50,979 nucleotides of DNA from Candidatus Krumholzibacteriota bacterium (GTDB lineage: Bacteria; Krumholzibacteriota; Krumholzibacteriia; Krumholzibacteriales; Krumholzibacteriaceae), in NCBI GenBank assembly GCA_016926065.1, contig JAFGPI010000152.1, positions 1-50,979 on the forward strand. Reading direction: 5' to 3'. Of the stretch, positions 46,877 to 50,979 are shown in pieces; the first letter of the stretch is position 1, and each line of letters opens with the position of its first letter. The notes beneath the pieces were generated by a model. It ran no database searches and was not told the origin of the DNA. It saw nothing but the letters and a program-made list of their open reading frames with translations. A program made the position numbers and the translations under genes.

Positions 46877-48165
46877 TGCCGGAAGTTTCGGTGATAGGGG
46901 GGGGATTGGCCGGATGCGAGATAGCCCTGCAACTGGCCGATGCGGGAATAGAGGTGCGGCTGGTGGAGATGCGACCCCAACGGATGACTTCCGCCCATAC
47001 CACCGCGTTGCTGGCCGAGATGGTCTGCAGTAATTCGTTAAAATCGGAAAAACCCGACACCGCCTCCGGTCTTTTGAAGGCCGAGTTGAAGATGCTGGGC
47101 TGCCGTCTGTTGGAACTGGCCGCCTCCGCCAGGGTTCCGGCCGGACACGCGCTGGCCGTGGACCGGGAGCTTTTCTCCTCCCTGGTCACCGGGGAGGTGG
47201 AAAAGAATCCCCGTATCCGCGTGGAGAGGAGGGAACAGATTGATCTCGATCTCCCCGCGGTGAGCGTTATCGCCGCCGGTCCCCTGGTTTCGGAGAAACT
47301 GGCCCGGGCGATCGAGGATCAGCTTACCGGGGGGAGGCTGTTTTTTTATGACGCCATTTCTCTTTCCATCAGCCGGGAGAGCGTCGATACCCAAAAAATA
47401 TTCAAAGGTTCGAGGTATGGAAAAGGATCCGCCGACTACTGGAACGTTCCCTTCAGTAGAGATGAATACCGCCGGCTGGTCGATTTTATTTTACAGGCTC
47501 CCCGGATGGAGCCCCGGGATTTCGAAGAGGTCAAGATGTTCGAGGCCTGTCTGCCGGTGGAAACGATCGCCGGGAGGGGAGAGGATGCGCTGCGTTTCGG
47601 ACCTCTGAAACCGAGGGGACTCCCGCATCCCGTCAGCGGAAGGGAACCATATGCCGTGCTGCAACTGAGACAGGAAACGGTCGACGGATCGATGCTGGGG
47701 CTGGTGGGATTTCAGACCCGGCTGACCCGGAAGAGCCAGAGGGAACTGCTCCAGCATATACCGGGACTGGAAGAGGCCGAGATTTTGAGGTGGGGCTCGA
47801 TACATAGAAATACCTTTTTGGATTCTCCCCACTGGTTGGATGAAAGACAGATGTCCCAGCGCCGGGAGGGTTTGTTCTTTTCCGGCCAGATAACCGGAGT
47901 AGAGGGGTACATGGAGTCCATGGCGCATGGCCTGGTGGTGGCAAAAAATATCCTGCATTTCCTCCGCCGAGAGGAAGCGGTGATCTTCCCCGCCGATACC
48001 CTGCTCGGATCCCTGCAGAGATATCTAAGCCGCGAAACCGGGAACTTCCAACCGATGAACGCGAATTTCGGAATCCTGCCCCCGGTGCCGGGCAAAAGAA
48101 GCGAGCGCAAACGGAAAAGGGTGGAGAGGGCGTTGGGCTCGATGCGGTCTTTTCTGGACCACTAG
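46876..48165 (+). CDS. trmFO: Folate-dependent tRNA (uracil-5)-methyltransferase
   Basis: ATG 46876; GGGLAGCE, VCSNS, FGPLKP, VGFQT, HRNTF, GVEGY, FQPMN. Confidence 0.95.
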   Translation: MPEVSVIGGGLAGCEIALQLADAGIEVRLVEMRPQRMTSAHTTALLAEMVCSNSLKSEKPDTASGLLKAELKMLGCRLLELAASARVPAGHALAVDRELFSSLVTGEVEKNPRIRVERREQIDLDLPAVSVIAAGPLVSEKLARAIEDQLTGGRLFFYDAISLSISRESVDTQKIFKGSRYGKGSADYWNVPFSRDEYRRLVDFILQAPRMEPRDFEEVKMFEACLPVETIAGRGEDALRFGPLKPRGLPHPVSGREPYAVLQLRQETVDGSMLGLVGFQTRLTRKSQRELLQHIPGLEEAEILRWGSIHRNTFLDSPHWLDERQMSQRREGLFFSGQITGVEGYMESMAHGLVVAKNILHFLRREEAVIFPADTLLGSLQRYLSRETGNFQPMNANFGILPPVPGKRSERKRKRVERALGSMRSFLDH

Positions 48166-48334
48166 ATCGATTACCTTAAACTCCCTGCGTTTCTTCCCTC
48201 CCGCGCCGGCGGGAGCTGGTTTTTCATTTCCTCCCTTCCGCGGAGCGGGAGAGCCCGGGAGGATTGACGGAACCGGGGATGGGGCCCGGTATAGCCTGTA
48301 CAGGCAAGCGGCGGTATGATATAGTATCCCCGGC

Positions 48335-49267
48335 ATGAAAGGTATAATTGAAGAATACCTCCTCTATCTGGCGCTGGAAAGAGCGGTCTCGGAGGCCACC
48401 CTGCGCGCCTACGAAGGGGATATCCTTCAATTTAACGTCTATCTGCGGCAAGAGGCCGTTTCCCCGGCGGAGATATCCTCCGTGGATAGTATCGTGATCA
48501 AATCCTTCCTGGGCCGGTTGTCCCGGGACGGCTATTCGGCCCGGAGCATAGCCCGAAAGTCAGCCGCCCTGAAGAGCTTTTTCAATTTCTGCTTGAAAAG
48601 GGGTTTGATCGAAAACGATCCCACAGTGGGGATTTCCACGCCCAAAATAAGCCGGGGGCTGCCGGTATTCGCCGGCAAAGCGGTAATGGAGAGAATGATG
48701 AATCTCCCGCCATTAAATAGCGTCAAGGGTATTCGCGATCGGGCCGTGCTGGAATTGCTGTACGGAACGGGGATCCGTTTATCGGAAATGGTTGGGTGCG
48801 ATATAGGCCACTGTGATTTCGAGAACGGTGTTATACGGGTGCTGGGAAAGGGGGACCGGGAAAGGTTGCTTCCCCTGGGGGGAAAGGCCGCGGAAAGCCT
48901 GAAGCTTTATCTGCAGAACCGGCAGGGCATGCCCTCCCTGGCGGGGGAAAACCGGAAAGAATATATGGCGTTTTTCGCGGACAGGTTAGCGGCGCCCCTT
49001 TTCGCCGGACGGGGAGGAAAGCGGATCAGCAAGAGAACGGTGCAGAGGATCGTCCATAAATATCTCAGGCTGGTGGCTTCCCTTTCTCAAATGAGCCCCC
49101 ACGTGCTGCGGCACACCTTTGCCACTCATCTGCTTGACGCGGGCGCCGATTTAAGGGCGGTGCAGGAGCTTTTGGGGCATAAAAATCTAGCTACCACGCA
49201 GATTTATACTCATCTAACCTCGAAAAGACTGAGAGAGGTCTACGATCAGGCTCATCCGCGTGCCTGA
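48335..49267 (+). CDS. xerC: Tyrosine recombinase XerC
   Basis: GIRLSE, GKGDRER, HVLRHTFATH, LLGH, TQIY; trmFO-xerC-hslV context. Confidence 0.9.
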   Translation: MKGIIEEYLLYLALERAVSEATLRAYEGDILQFNVYLRQEAVSPAEISSVDSIVIKSFLGRLSRDGYSARSIARKSAALKSFFNFCLKRGLIENDPTVGISTPKISRGLPVFAGKAVMERMMNLPPLNSVKGIRDRAVLELLYGTGIRLSEMVGCDIGHCDFENGVIRVLGKGDRERLLPLGGKAAESLKLYLQNRQGMPSLAGENRKEYMAFFADRLAAPLFAGRGGKRISKRTVQRIVHKYLRLVASLSQMSPHVLRHTFATHLLDAGADLRAVQELLGHKNLATTQIYTHLTSKRLREVYDQAHPRA

Positions 49268-49439
49268 GCTTGACGCGGTCTCCGGTAGCCCCGCCCCTTG
49301 AGATTGCCGCCGACCGGTTTTCCCGCCGCCCCACCGGGGACGCTCGGTGGATTGCACGGCGCCGAAGGGGCATGAATTGTGTTGAATAATACGTCGATTT
49401 AAATATATTTACTGCAACATTATGAATTGGAGGTTGGCG

Positions 49440-49967
49440 GTGTTTAAGGGTACTACCATTCTGGGAGTGAGGATCGGAAACCGGGTGGCCCTGGGAGGAG
49501 ACGGCCAGGTGACTTTCGGCGATACCGTGGTCAAGCATAAAGCCCGTAAGATCCGGCTCATCCGGGAGAAGAAGGTGTTGGCCGGTTTCGCCGGTAGCAC
49601 CGCGGATGCCATGACTCTATTCACTAAATTTGAAGGCAAGCTGGACGAGCAGAACGGAAATATCATGAAGGCGGCCGTGGAACTGGCCAAGGAATGGCGC
49701 AGCGATAAAATATTGCGTCACCTGGAAGCCCTGCTGGCGGTGATGGACAAAGATCACTCCCTGCTCATTTCGGGAAAGGGCGACGTGGTGGAGCCGGATG
49801 ACGGCATACTTGCCATCGGGTCCGGAGGACCTTACGCCCTGGCGGCTGCCCGAGCCTTAATAAACAACACGAAATTAGATCCGGAAGATATTGTTAAAAA
49901 ATCACTTGAGATAACTTCGATGATATGCATATATACCAACGCGAATATCATTGTGGAGTCCATTTAA
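49440..49967 (+). CDS. hslV: ATP-dependent protease subunit HslV
   Basis: GTG start after GGAGG; [28 protein letters not shown]. Confidence 0.96.
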   Translation: MFKGTTILGVRIGNRVALGGDGQVTFGDTVVKHKARKIRLIREKKVLAGFAGSTADAMTLFTKFEGKLDEQNGNIMKAAVELAKEWRSDKILRHLEALLAVMDKDHSLLISGKGDVVEPDDGILAIGSGGPYALAAARALINNTKLDPEDIVKKSLEITSMICIYTNANIIVESI

Positions 49968-49978
49968 GGCGGTAATCG

Positions 49979-50979
49979 ATGCAGGAGCTAACCCCTCAAC
50001 AGATAGTCTCTGAGCTGGACAGGTATATTATCGGCCAGGATGAGGCCAAAAGATCAGTGGCCATCGCCCTGCGCAACCGTTGGCGGAGGAAAAGGGTGCA
50101 GGGTCCGATCAAGGACGAAATTTTACCCAACAATATCATTATGATCGGCCCCACCGGAGTGGGTAAGACGGAGATAGCCAGAAGATTGGCCCGCCTGGCG
50201 CAGGCCCCTTTCATAAAGGTGGAAGCGACCAAGTTCACCGAAGTGGGATACGTGGGCCGGGATGTGGAATCGATGATCCGGGACATCGTCGAGGTCAGCA
50301 TCAACATGGAAAAGGAAAAGAGCTATATGGAAATAGAGGATAAGGCCCACGATCGCGCCTTGGAAAGGCTCCTCGATCTGCTCCTTCCGGTCTCGAAAGG
50401 TGCCCCTGGGACGGACCTGGGGGAGACGGAGGAAAGGAGAAAGAGGACCAAGAGCAAGCTCAAGGGGAAATTGGACCAGGGAGGGCTGGACGCCCGGGAG
50501 GTGACGATCGAGACGGTTGACCGGTCCAAGCCGATAATAGAAATCTTCTCCGGCACCGGATTCGAGGAGATGGGGGTAAAATTTCCTCCGGGGCTGGAAA
50601 GCATGATGCCCAAGCGCACCAAGGGGCGACGGGTGACGGTGGAGGAGGCCAAGAAGATTCTCATCCAGGAGGAGAAGGATAAGCTGGTCGATATGGACAG
50701 GGTGATATCCCGGGCCATCAAGGCCACCGAGGAATCGGGGATCATATTTATAGATGAGATCGACAAGGTTGCCGGGAGCCGGGGAGGGCACGGACCCGAT
50801 GTGTCCCGGGAGGGAGTGCAGCGGGATATCCTGCCGATCATCGAGGGGTGCAGCGTCACCACCAAGTACGGGGTGGTCAAGACCGATCACATTCTATTTA
50901 TGGCCGCCGGAGCGTTCCATATGAGCAAACCCTCGGATCTTATCCCCGAACTGCAGGGCCGGTTTCCCATCCGGGTGGA
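49979..50979 (+). CDS. hslU: ATP-dependent protease ATPase HslU (3' end truncated by the window)
   Basis: Manual translation [20 protein letters not shown]...[16 protein letters not shown]...[12 protein letters not shown]...[11 protein letters not shown]; absent from the ORF track because no stop codon is reached. Confidence 0.96.
   Translation, partial: MQELTPQQIVSELDRYIIGQDEAKRSVAIALRNRWRRKRVQGPIKDEILPNNIIMIGPTGVGKTEIARRLARLAQAPFIKVEATKFTEVGYVGRDVESMIRDIVEVSINMEKEKSYMEIEDKAHDRALERLLDLLLPVSKGAPGTDLGETEERRKRTKSKLKGKLDQGGLDAREVTIETVDRSKPIIEIFSGTGFEEMGVKFPPGLESMMPKRTKGRRVTVEEAKKILIQEEKDKLVDMDRVISRAIKATEESGIIFIDEIDKVAGSRGGHGPDVSREGVQRDILPIIEGCSVTTKYGVVKTDHILFMAAGAFHMSKPSDLIPELQGRFPIRV

Noticed and set aside
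48335-49267. Tyrosine recombinase as a prophage or island integrase
   Set aside because: It sits in the conserved topA-trmFO-xerC-hslVU context with no att site or cargo
1-50979. CRISPR array, rRNA, tmRNA, RNase P RNA, defence or prophage genes
   Set aside because: No regularly spaced repeats or recognisable signatures seen

Overview
Bacterial chromosomal segment, moderately GC-rich, with almost all genes on the + strand. A PorV-family gene, a long SecA, a bS22 ribosomal-protein gene and a GlmU-like gene suggest an FCB-related diderm (e.g. a Latescibacterota/Krumholzibacteriota-like organism; inference only). Left to right: (1) a decayed island edge at tRNA-Leu(CAA), with an OM protein, an IS3 left-end remnant and integrase/arm-site-like relics; (2) nfeD-floA-yqfB-like, tRNA-Ala(GGC), a GlmU-like gene and a stand-alone AcsE-like methyltransferase; (3) a structured intergenic region (candidate sRNA), IHF/HU and a 31-aa bS22 gene missed by the ORF track; (4) a ~10 kb signalling block with PilZ, a FliT-like protein, a hybrid kinase, three sigma54 activators including an FlbD/FleR-type one, a sensor-less kinase, FliA/sigma28 and a REC protein, but no flagellar structural genes nearby; (5) porV, two tandem glgC paralogues, mltD, a GGDEF cyclase and a reduced comEC; (6) purN-purC-purH-guaA with a structured leader; (7) slt-NHL and TPR-DnaJ-PQQ envelope genes; (8) secA with an 8-Cys insertion, then smg-topA-trmFO-xerC-hslV-hslU (truncated). 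The best lead is the flagellar-type sigma54-to-sigma28 cascade. Correctly spaced sigma54 promoters sit in front of fliA, the slt gene and the TPR/J-domain genes, and a sigma28-like promoter sits in front of the FliT-like gene. All family calls are from visual motif recognition; no searches were run.
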